Shown here one piece after another: positions 11,201-23,200 of a stretch of 64,000 nt of DNA; the first letter of the stretch is position 1; the number at the start of each line of letters is the position of its first letter. The stretch is from an uncultured Bacteroidales bacterium (GTDB lineage: Bacteria > Bacteroidota > Bacteroidia > Bacteroidales > UBA4417): contig CAIPFN010000157.1 in the NCBI GenBank assembly GCA_903864265.1, positions 687-64,686 on the forward strand, read 5' to 3'. The translations under genes and the position numbers were made by a program. The notes beneath the pieces were generated by a model that ran no database searches, was not told the origin of the DNA, and saw only the letters and a list, made by a program, of their open reading frames with translations.

Positions 11201-14200
11201 GCCAACGGTTACCACTACTGCTGCTACCGGATTGACAGGTACGGAAGCTGTTTTGAATGGCATTATCAATGCAAACTTAGGCTCTGTCGCCGTTTCATTC
11301 GATTATGGTTTAACCGTTTCTTACGGCAGTTCCGTTGCGGGTGTTCCGACCACAGTAACCGGCAGTACAGATACCCCGGTAAGCGCAAACCTGAGCGGGC
11401 TGCAACCCAATACAACCTATCATTTCAGGGCAAAAGGCTTGCCGGCAGGAGGCGTCGCTGTTTATGGTGATGACTTTACCTTTACAACCCTTGCTATTCC
11501 CCCTACCGTTGCTACCCTGGCTGCAACCTATATTTCCGGAGTTTCTGCCGTATTAAACGGAACGGTGATTGCTAATAATGCAACATCTGCCGTTTCCTTT
11601 GAATATGGTTTGACAACTTCTTACGGTTCAACCATTGCGGGTGTTCCTCCGGGTATCACGGGGAATACAGTTCAATCCGCAGCAGTTACCGTACTGGGTC
11701 TTGCCATGAATACAACCTACCATTTCCGGATAGTCAGTACAAATGCCGGAGGTACTTCTTATGGAGATGATATGAGCTTTACAACTCTGATAACTCCATA
11801 TTGTATTCCCGCCTACACCACGGGATGTAATTCCTATAACATCGGGATAACCCATTTTGAGCTCAGCTCGATCAATCAGGCCGTCACCTGTACGGGGACG
11901 CCTAACTATTACCATGACTTTACGTCTTCTTCAGCCGATCTGTATCAAAACGGTGCCTATGTGATTTCGGTGACAGGAGGGTATTGGGATACCTACGTGA
12001 CGGTTTGGATTGATTATAATCAGAACAATGTATTTGACGGGGCATCTGAAGTGGCGGGACACGTTTATATGACAAATCCGGGAGCTACCTACACCATCCC
12101 CTTCACGGTATCAACAGCTTCTTCGACCGGGCCGACGCGCCTGAGGGCCATGAGCAATTATTACTGGCCTTCGTATAACTATCCTGCTGATCCATGCATA
12201 CTTACCGAAACCTATGGAAATTGCAGCGATTTTACTGTTAACATCCTCTCACCGCTCACCCCTCCGACTGTCACAACCAATGCAGCCTCCGGCATCACGG
12301 CGACTGAGTCGGTATTAAATTCCACCGTCAATGCAAACGGAAATCCTACCAATGCTGTTTTCAAATGGGGGTTAACCGCATCATACGGCAACAGTGTTAC
12401 CGGGGTTCCGGCTGTAGTTACAGGTACTACCGATACACCGGTAACGGCATCCCTGTCGGGGTTAACGCCCAATACAACCTATCATTTCCAGGCAGTAGCA
12501 TGGGGGATAGGAGGGACTGTAAACGGAAGTGACGTAACATTTGCAACCACTGCTATTCCGCCCACTGTTGTCACAGGTACAACTTCAAATATTCAGATGA
12601 CCATCGCAACGCTGAGTGGAACGGTTAATCCTAATAACCTGAGTTCAACTGTTTCTTTTGAGTATGGATTGACTACTGCTTATGGTTCCACTATTTCGGC
12701 TTCCCCTTCATCGCTGGCGGGCTATTCCGTACAGTCTGTTACCGGCTCCCTGACCGGACTCACTTTGAATACACTGTATCATTACAGGATTGTCAGCACC
12801 AACTCCGCAGGTACGTCAGTAGGCGATGATATGACTTTCACTTCGGCTCCGACACTTTATTGTATACCATACTTCTCAACCGGATGCAATACTTACAGCA
12901 TTGGATTAACTTACTTTGGTCTGAATACGATTTCCCAAACGATAAGTTGCAGCGGTTCGCCAAGTTATTACCATAATTATTACCCAACCTCAACGGACCT
13001 GAACAAAAACGGCAATTATTCCATCTCTATAGCCGAAGGAGGTGGTTATGGCATCGATGTAACAGTATGGATTGATTATAACCAGAATAATGTTTTTGAC
13101 GGAGGTGTTGAGCTTGTCGGTCAGGGACATTGTAGCGGGGGTAGCACTGCCACCATTCCCCTCACTGTGTATGCATCTGCTTTAACAGGTTCAACAGGGC
13201 TTAGGATTCTTGCCAATTACGACGGTGACGGTTATGTTTCAAATCCTTGCGGTTCATATTCATACGGGAATTGTGCTGATTTCATGGTCAACATCCTGCC
13301 TGCAGTTACCCCGCCATCGGTTACCACTAATGCAGCATCCAGCATAACGGCAGCAACTGCAGTTTTGAATGCCACAGTTAACGGAAACGGAAATGCCACC
13401 AATGTTATTTTCAACTATGGGTTAACAAGCTCGTATGGAAGTACGGTTGCAGGTTCCCCGAGCCCGGTAACAGGTAGCACCGATATTGCAGTCAGTGCTT
13501 CACTGACGGGATTGCTAGCGAATACTTTATATCATTATCAGGCGGTAGGTTCGGGAATAGGCGGAACTGTTTATGGTAGTGACGTGACATTTACCACTGC
13601 TATGATCCCACCTACGGTCACTACTACGGCTGCTTCCGCTATAGCTGGCGTTTCTGCCTATCTGAACGGAACTGTAGACCCCAATAATTTGCCGTCGTCC
13701 GTATCCTTTGAGTATGGACTGACAGCATCGTATGGGACAACTGTTGATGGAAATCCCATTAGTGTTTCCGGATCGGGTTCTCAGGCCGTATCAGCTTTTA
13801 TCACGGGGCTTACTATGAATACGTTATATCATTACAGGGTAATCAGCACAAATTCGGCTGGTACTTCTTTAGGGGATGATATGACGTTTACCACCCTTAC
13901 CACACTTTATTGTATTCCATCCTATCAATACGGTTGCAGCGATCCGTGGTATATGGGACTAACATCTGTTGATCTGAATACAATTTCTCAACCTATTCCC
14001 TGTACCGGAACACCGCCTTATTACCATGATTATACGTCCTCATCCACCGATCTGGCCCTGAACGGCTCTTATTCACTTATAGTTCATGCAGGAGGCGGTT
14101 ACGGAATCTATATTAATGCATGGATTGACCTTAATCACAACAATTATTTTGATGGTGCAGGCGAAATAGTCGCACAAGGCCACTGCAATGGAGGGTCTTC

Positions 14201-17200
14201 TTTAACTATGACCTTAACAGTCCCGGGAACTGCCCTCACAGGAGCTACCCGGATCAGGGTAATGTCTAATTATGATGGTTACGGCTATCCTTCTGATCCC
14301 TGCGGGTGGAATTATTTCGGGAACGCTGCTGATTTCTCAGTGAATATTATGTCCCCCGGACCGCCAATCGTATCCACCGGGGTAGCAACTGATCTAAATA
14401 TCAGCAGCGCTACCTTGAATGGTTTGGTGAATCCGAACTATTTTTCGAGCACAATTTCCTTCGATTATGGGTTGACGGCTTCTTATGGATCCTCAATTGC
14501 CGGCACTCCGTCACCTTTAAGCGGGGGTGTAAATACGGCAATAACAGCAGCACTGACAGGGCTTACGGCAAATACAACATATCATTTCCGCATCAGTAGT
14601 ACGAATTCGGCAGGTACTTCTTTAGGCGATGATGTGACATTTACAACCACTCCAACCCCTGTTTTCATCGTTTCAGGCGGCGGAACCTACTGCAGCAATG
14701 GCTCGGGATTAAGTGTGGGCCTTAGCGGTTCGGATGTGAATGCAACTTACCAGTTGTATAAAAATGCTGTTGCATTTGGCAGTACTGTATCAGGTACCGG
14801 AAATCCACTTTCGTGGGACAATTTGTCTGACGGAACTTACACCATACAGGCAATTACTTCGGCGGGAAATACATGGATGATCGGGAATGCGGTTATATCT
14901 TCATATAATAACCCGGTTTCGGTGTATATCTATGCATCCGCGTATACCATATGCCCGGGCACCTCGGTTACTTTCACGGCATACCAGTCCAACGGGGGGG
15001 CAACACCTGCATACCAGTGGGTAGTTAATAATGTGAATGTAGGTTCGGACTCGTATCAATATTCCTATATCCCTAATGGCGGGGATGAGGTTAAGTGCAT
15101 ATTAACTTCCAATATTGCCTGTCCCACCGGGAACCCGGCAACCTCCAATACGATTACAATAACTGTCTCCAGTCCTGTTCCCAGCATTTCCGGTTCGGAT
15201 GTAGCCTGTGCCGGTTCTTCGGGTAATTCCTATTCTACGGAGTTTGGCATGTCGAACTATGTATGGAATGTTTCAGCCGGAGGAACTATCACCTCAGGCG
15301 GGAACGGATATTATTATGTAACCGTTACCTGGAATACTACCGGAGCTCAGACAGTAAGTGTTAACTACACGAATGGCTATTCCTGTACAGCAGCAACCCC
15401 AACTGTTAAAAACGTTTCCGTAAATGTAATGCCTACTCCGACCATCTCCGGATCCGCCACGGTTTGTGCCGGCTCAACCGGTAATATTTATACCACGGAA
15501 TCGGGCATGAGCGGATATTCGTGGGCAGTATCAGGCGGAACTATCACTGCAGGTTCAGGAACCAGCCAGATAACAGTGACCTGGAATTCCTCCGGAGCAC
15601 AGACCGTAAGTGTGAACTACTCAAACGGATGTACTCCTGCTTCGCCAACAATTTATAATGTAACGGTGAATCCTATCTCAACTCCAACGATAACAGGTCC
15701 TGTTACGGCATGCGTTAATTCAAGCGGGAATGTTTACTCAACCGAGCCCGGAATGAGCAGCTACAACTGGTCCGTTTCGTCAGGAGGCACAATCACTGCC
15801 GGTGGAAGCTCAGCTGATAATACGGTTACCGTAACCTGGAATGCTTCGGGAAGCAGATCAGTGCATGTGAGCTACACTAATACTTTTAGTTGCGGCGTAT
15901 CTGCCCCAGGTGTACTTAATGTGACGGTAAATCCTTTACCGGTACCAACCATTACCGGTCCCACAGTTATTTGTGATATTCCATCAACAGTCAATACCTA
16001 TACTACCGAAGCGGGGATGACAGGATATACCTGGGCAGTTTCTGCCGGAGGTACAGTCACGGCTGGAGGAACTGCTGCAGATAATTCAATTACCATAACC
16101 TGGACAGCCTTAGGCGCACAAAGTGTGAGCATTACCTATACCAGTAGTAATGGTTGTACTCCTTCAGGTCCAATGGTGAAAACTGTGAATGTTTATGCTT
16201 TGCCAGTTCCTGCCATTACCGGACCAGCTACTGTTTGCGGTATCCCGTCAACGGGTAATTTATATTATACTGAAACCGGAATGACAGGATATTCCTGGAC
16301 GGTTTCTGCTGGCGGAACCATCACCTCCGGTTCCGGTCACTACATTTATGTCACCTGGAATACAGCCGGTGCGAAAACAGTTAGCGTTACCTATGCCGAT
16401 CATGGCTGCAATCCGGTAAGCCCGACTGTTAAGAATGTGGATGTTTACGACAGACCGGTTCCTGTAATTACCGGCCCTACTGCTATTTGTGGAACCCCAT
16501 CACCTGGAAATGTATATTCCACCGGAGCAGGCATGGCCAACTATGCCTGGACTGTCTCCGGGGGCGCAATCACTGCCGGATCAGGCACAAATTCCATAAC
16601 CGTGAACTGGACATCACCCGGAGCCAGAACTGTACGGGTTACAGTTACCGATGGCAACGGATGTACTTCAAACCAGGTTGTTTATAATGTTGATGTGTAT
16701 GCACTACCTATTCCGTTTATTACTGGCGATGCATCTATATGTGAACCTCCATCTGCTGGTCATGTATATGCAACACAATCAGGCATGACAGGATATGTAT
16801 GGACTGTTTCGGCTGGTGGTACGGTTACTGCCGGCGGAAATGCATCAGATAACTCCATTACTGTTACCTGGACGGCATTAGGTGCACAAAGTGTAAGCGT
16901 AACTTATGCCGACGTGAATAGTTGTGTGCCTGCAAGTCCGACCGTTAAGAGTGTAAATGTTTACAACCTGCCGGTTCCTACCATTACCGGTCCGGCACCT
17001 GTTTGTGGTATTCCTTCATCAGGGAATTTCTATCACACTGAAGCCGGCATGACGGGATATTCATGGGCTGTCTCTGCGGGTGGTACTATTACTTCCGGAG
17101 GTTCCGGTAACTATATCTATGTAACCTGGAATACAGCCGGGGCCCAAACCGTAAGTGTAACGTACGCCGATCATGGTTGTAATCCGGTAAGCCCGACTGT

Positions 17201-20200
17201 AAAGAATGTGGATGTTTTTGCGAAACCGCTTCCCACCATTACCGGTCCGGCAATTATTTGCGGAACTCCCTCACCCGGAAATGTATATGTTACCGAAGCA
17301 GGTTGGGTAAATTATTCCTGGATCGTTTCAGGCGGTACCATTACAGCCGGGTCAGGCACAAATTCCATCACAGTGAACTGGACATCACCCGGAGCACGAA
17401 GTGTAAGGGTTGCCGTTACTGATGGAAACGGATGTACTTCAGATCAGGCCGTTTATAATGTCGATGTTTATGCTTTGCCCGTTCCGGTTATTAATGGAGA
17501 CGCGTCCATCTGTGCGCCGCCTTCTGCAGGTCATGTATATACCACTCAAGCGGGTATGACAGGATATGCCTGGAATATTTCAGCAGGTGGTATCATCAAT
17601 AGCGGTCAAGGTACCAACACCATCGATGTTACCTGGAATACAGTAGGGAGTCAGACAGTTGATGTTACATACACTGACACGCATGGTTGCACAGCTGCTT
17701 CCCCATCAGTAAAGCATGTCTCAGTCGATCTGTATTTCCCGGTGAGTATCACAATTGCTGCATCTGCAAATCCTATATGTACAGGAAGCTATGTCACTTT
17801 CACAGCCACTCCTGTCAATGGCGGGTCATCGCCTGTATATCAATGGATCGTGAATGGAATTAATGAGGGCTGGAATAGTTCGACTTATTGGTACATTCCT
17901 GTAAACGGAGATGTCGTTAGCTGTGTTCTGAATTCGAGTGTACTCTGTGCAACCAATGATCCGGCCACATCCAACGCTATCACAATGATAGTAAATACCC
18001 ATCCCGATGTGCCTGTAAGTGGTGGCGATATAACTGTTTGCTCAACTACATTGCCTGCTTTGCTGTCAGCTACAGCACCGGCAGGTAGCACGGTTGACTG
18101 GTATCACTATGCCAGTGGCGGAGGTGTGTTGTTGTCGAATAGTTCTGTTTATTCCACTTCATCAGCAGGCAGTTATTATGCAGAATCCAGGGATTTAGTA
18201 ACCGGCTGTACGAGTACCAGCCGAACCTTGGTTAATTTAACCATTAATGCTGCCGTTCAATATTTCATTGATTTAGATGGTGACGGATATGGCAACCCGG
18301 AAGTTTCTGTTATGGCCTGTGCACAGCCTTCGGGATATGTAACCAACAGTCTGGATTGCAACGATAATAATGCGAACATCAATCCGGGTGCTCAATACCT
18401 GGCTTATACAGGAAATGTTGGATTTACAAATTCTATCGTTTCTCCAACTACCGGATCGCCATATACACTCTTCCACTTTGAAGCCGATTATTTTGATGCC
18501 AACAATGCATTGCCCGGGGCAGGTTATCCCAGGCTGATACTGGATTACGAAGGAAACGGAAGTTATACCGATGCCAACGACCGTACAGTCATCATGACAG
18601 CTGCGGATCCTACGGATCTTACCACTTCCAACGGGAAGCGTTATTTTGTGGAGGTGAATGGCCTGACATACGGGACCAACTGGAAAGCCCGGATTATTGT
18701 AAGCGACGGAGTTAATTGTACTACCACCTTTGGCCCGTTCGATTACCCGGATGTGCTGCACGAACCCAACCTCTACCTCTTTGCCAACGATCTCAGCTTC
18801 AGTGTTCCTCATCCTGATCCTGCTCAAAACATCACTGTTTCTGCCGTGGTGCATAATGAATCGGATTTTGATGCCCAGAACTTTGTGTGCCACCTGATTA
18901 ATCAGTGGGATACCCTGATCGTTTATCCTGATGTAACGGTGGCTAATCTGCCGGCTCATCAGAGTACAACCGTGCAGTGGAACATTACCACCCCGGCTGT
19001 TCCTGCCTGGTGCCCGATGCAGGTAAAAGTGGATTACACGAATGTGATCAATGAAAACAATGAACTGGATAACTCGGCTGTGCGTCCGTTTGTAAACGGG
19101 AATTACCAGATCGCGGGCCGTATTGTGGTTCAATCACAGGTTTCGCCAGCTGTTTCTTACTCAAATCAGTATTATTATCTGTCATTGAGTGGCAGAGCCT
19201 GGTATACTGACCTGGCCGTTCAGCTCACCGATTCCACTGTGGCAGGTGCAACTGTCGATTTCACCATACTTGAAACAGGAGCTACCTATACAGGTTACAC
19301 CAATTCGTGGGGATATTTTAATATTTATTTCCCTGCTCCGCTTCCTCCGGGAGTATATCATATCATGGCTTCAGTCACCGATTTCACCTTAACAGGCGAC
19401 TTCACCAATGAGTTCACTATTCTTCCGCCAATCATTCCTATAACCAAACCAAACCTGACATTGGCTTACTGTCATTCTGTGGATGTGCAGCCTGTGAATC
19501 CGACCTATGATCCGGCCAATCCTGCGGATGTTACCCTGCTGGCTCATGTTGTGAATAACGGGAATGCTACGGCAATAGGGCCTATAGAAGTGAGGTTTAC
19601 CTACTCGACAGGAGGGACCTGGCTGGCACAATACAATGGCGACCTTGCGGCCGGCCATTCAGTGAACATTTCAACAACGGCACCTGTTCCGCCTCCGACA
19701 GCCACCCAGCTTGTGGCCTATGTCGATCCGAATGATCTGGTCCCCGAATGGAACGAATCTGATTGGGATAACTCAAGCATCGATAATATGTGCTATGATT
19801 TTCAGCCTGTGGGTATCTGCGGCGGTAATTTCTGGGGGACACATTGTGTGAATACCTCAACCAGCATTTATGTGGGCGTGAATGTATACCATCTTTATGA
19901 TGCCAATCCGTTGGATGTGAAATTTGAAGTCAGCGGGCCGGGAATTTCCGGCTGGCAGAATCTGGGTACAGGAACCTTGAATAACTTAACCCGGAATTGC
20001 TATTGCCCTTATGTGGTTGGAATACCTGATCAGTTCACATTTGCCGAAGTGGGCGTTTATACCTTCCGTATGACGGTTGATCCGGATAACGTTTACCCTG
20101 AGTGCGACGAGGATAATAATGTGCTCATCGTTACGGTCAATTCCATTTCCTGTCTGCCTCCTGAAACCAAACCAAACCTTGCATTTTATGGTTGCTATGG

Positions 20201-23200
20201 TCTTCAGGTACGACCAATTAATCCTTTCTATCCAGGCACTGCTACCCTGGTTGCCAATATTATCAATAATGGGAATGCAGTTGCCGTGGGCCCTATCGAT
20301 GTTCAGTTTACCTATTCGGAAGGAACATTCACAGGAACATATAACGGTAATCTGAGCCCAGGTCAAACGGCAGCTGTTACCGTTACTGCGCCTCTTCCGG
20401 TTCCGGCAACAACCATACTTACCGCTTTTATTGATCCTGCAAATACAGTTGATGAATGGAGCGAAACCGATAATACTGCTTCAGATAATATGTGCTGGGA
20501 ATTCCAGCCTGTTCCTCACTGTGGAATCAACTTCTGGTCGCATACCTATATTGTGGGTCAGTCGGCTACCCTGGCCGTTGGATTAAATGTTCAGCATCTG
20601 TACGACGCCAATCCTGTGAGGGTTAAATTCGAAGTCAGCGGACCTGGAATAGTTGGAACACAGAATCTTGGTTTTGGTTCATTAAACAATGTTTCACGGA
20701 ATTGCTGGTGCCCATGGGTTGTGGTTTTGCCAATGCCATTCACTTTCTTCGAAGCCGGGGTGTATCATTTTACCATGACCGCGGATCCGGATAATGTGTA
20801 CGCCGAATGCGACGAATCGAACAATGTGATGGAAGTTGATGTATCGGTATTAGATGGCGCGGATATGCGCATACTTTCGCAGTTCATTAATCCTACTCCT
20901 TTAAATCCGGGTGTAAATGATTCGGTATCCCTGATTGTTACCTACGAAAACATCGGAAATTCCAATGTGAATGATGCTATGAAACTGAGAGTGAAAGTAG
21001 ATAATACTGTCCTGGATGACATCTATCCCGTATATGGCCTGGCTACCGGCGATCATGCATCGGTTGCCATTCCTACAAAATGGGCCAGCAGCCTCCCGGG
21101 GGCTCATGTTATCAGGGCCATTATCGATGCCGACAACCAGGTGCCCGAAATTAACGAAAGTAACAATGAGGCAACACGGGCTATCATCGTCGGAGAATGC
21201 GCCAACCTCTACTTCCAGCTCTTTGCTTCCTCCAATTCCAATCCGGCACAGGGAGGTAATATCTTTATTAATTCCAGGATCGGAAACAACGGAGACGTGA
21301 ATGCTACGGCGAATGTGAAATTCTACTACATTGGTGATGCGAATGACACCATTCCGATAGGGCAAACCCCAATTTCTGTTTTTGCCCATGACAGCACTAC
21401 TATTATCATGCCTTGGGTGGTGGCTGACAATACCACCACCATAATAGGCAAAATTGTAGATGTGAATGTGCAGGAGTTTAATCCCGACGATAATGTGGCT
21501 ACTGCCATCTTAGGCGGCTTTACCATTTCGCTGACCCCTGTCTCGGCCTGTAACAATGAAAATAACGGTACACTTACTGCCGAGGCCACAGGAGGATCCG
21601 CACCTTATCTCTATATCTGGAGTAACGGGTATATTGGTGCAACTCTCACTGCCGGACCCGGAACCTATTCCGTTACTGTCACTGACAATGTAGGTTTGAG
21701 TAAATCTGCTTCAGGTACTATCGGGGAATTTGCCCCTATTGTTCCTACTATTTCCGGTCCCGCCATCGCCTCAAGCGGCTCAACAGGCAATGTTTACACT
21801 ACCGAGTCAGGAATGCACGGATATGCCTGGGCTGTTTCTGCCGGTGGAACCATTACCGGAGGAGGCACCGCAACGGATCATAGCGTGGTTGTAACATGGA
21901 ATGGAGGCGGGGCACAAAATGTCAGCGTCAATTATTTGACACCTCACGGATGTACAGCCTTAGCTGCAACCAATTATGCCGTTACTGTGAATGAAATTCC
22001 TGTGCCGGCCATCTTTGGCCCCGACAGTGCCTGCGCCAGTTCGACAGGGAATACATATCTGACAGAAAACGGGATGCACGACTATTCCTGGACGGTATCT
22101 GCCGGTGGTGTTATAACTGCAGGGGGAACCGCAAGCAGCAATTTCGCGGTTGTAACATGGAATACCCCCGGGATTCAAACGGTAAGCGTTTCGTATACAA
22201 ACCCGGATGGATATACTGCGGCATCTCCGACCAATTATCCTGTTACGGTTCTTCCTCACCCTGTGCCCACTATTACAGGACCTGTTGAAGTTTGCGTAAA
22301 TTCAACCGGCAATGTTTATACTACCGAGGCAGGAATGTCAGGGTATGTATGGACGGTTTCAGCGGGTGGTACCATAACCGGCGGGGGCGTTCCTTCAGGG
22401 AACTCCATAACAGTAACCTGGCTTTCGGCCGGATCAAGAACTGTAAGTGTTTCCTATACGGATACATATGGCTGCGTTACCGCAACACCAACCATTAAAA
22501 ATGTTATGGTTGATCCGTTGCCGGCCGCCGTTGCAGGCAATAACCGGGGAATATGCCTTAACAGCAGTACTACTCTTGGTGCAGCTCCAGTCGCAGGAAG
22601 TACTTACAGCTGGACTTCGAACCCGGAGGGGTTCTCATCAAACCTTGCCAACCCGACGGTTTCTCCGCAGGTAAATACCATCTACACGGTAATCGAAACC
22701 AATACCAACACCGGCTGTGTTAATAGTCACAGTGTGCTGGTAAAGGTTAATGCCATTCCGGCAGCTGTTGCCGGAGCTCCAAGGGCAATTTGCAAATATA
22801 CCAGCACTACCATAGGGGCTCCACCGGTAGCAGGCAGTATCTATAGCTGGACTTCAGTCCCGGTTGGATTCTCATCCCCTCTGGCCAATCCAACAGTAAC
22901 GCCATTGGTGACAACTACCTATACCGTGCTGCAAACAGCCATAGCTACCGGATGTTCCAACAGCAACAGCGTTGTTGTAACCGTTATCCCGATACCTGTA
23001 CCTACCTTAACAGGACCGACTCCGGTATGTAATAAATCGACAGCTAACACTTACACAACCGAGCCTTCCATGAACAATTATGTGTGGACCATACCCGCCG
23101 GTGCAATAGTTACTGCAGGGGGCACGACCTCAGATAATTACGTTACTCTGACATGGAACAGTACAGGCCTCAGGACAATCAAGGTAAATTACAGCAATTC

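Noticed and set aside
15171-17729. Regular ~255-bp periodicity that could superficially suggest a CRISPR-like or satellite array
   Set aside because: The repeats are in-frame protein modules of ~85 aa with divergent sequence. There is no short conserved direct repeat / unique spacer architecture, and there are no cas genes.
18273-19133. 286-aa ORF antisense to the giant gene, plus many 60-160-aa antisense or out-of-frame ORFs between 5.9 and 22.7 kb
   Set aside because: It lies entirely inside a strongly supported coding frame. The translated sequence is Arg/Ile/His-rich with no motif or signal. Long antisense ORFs are expected in repetitive Gly/Thr/Ser-rich coding DNA.
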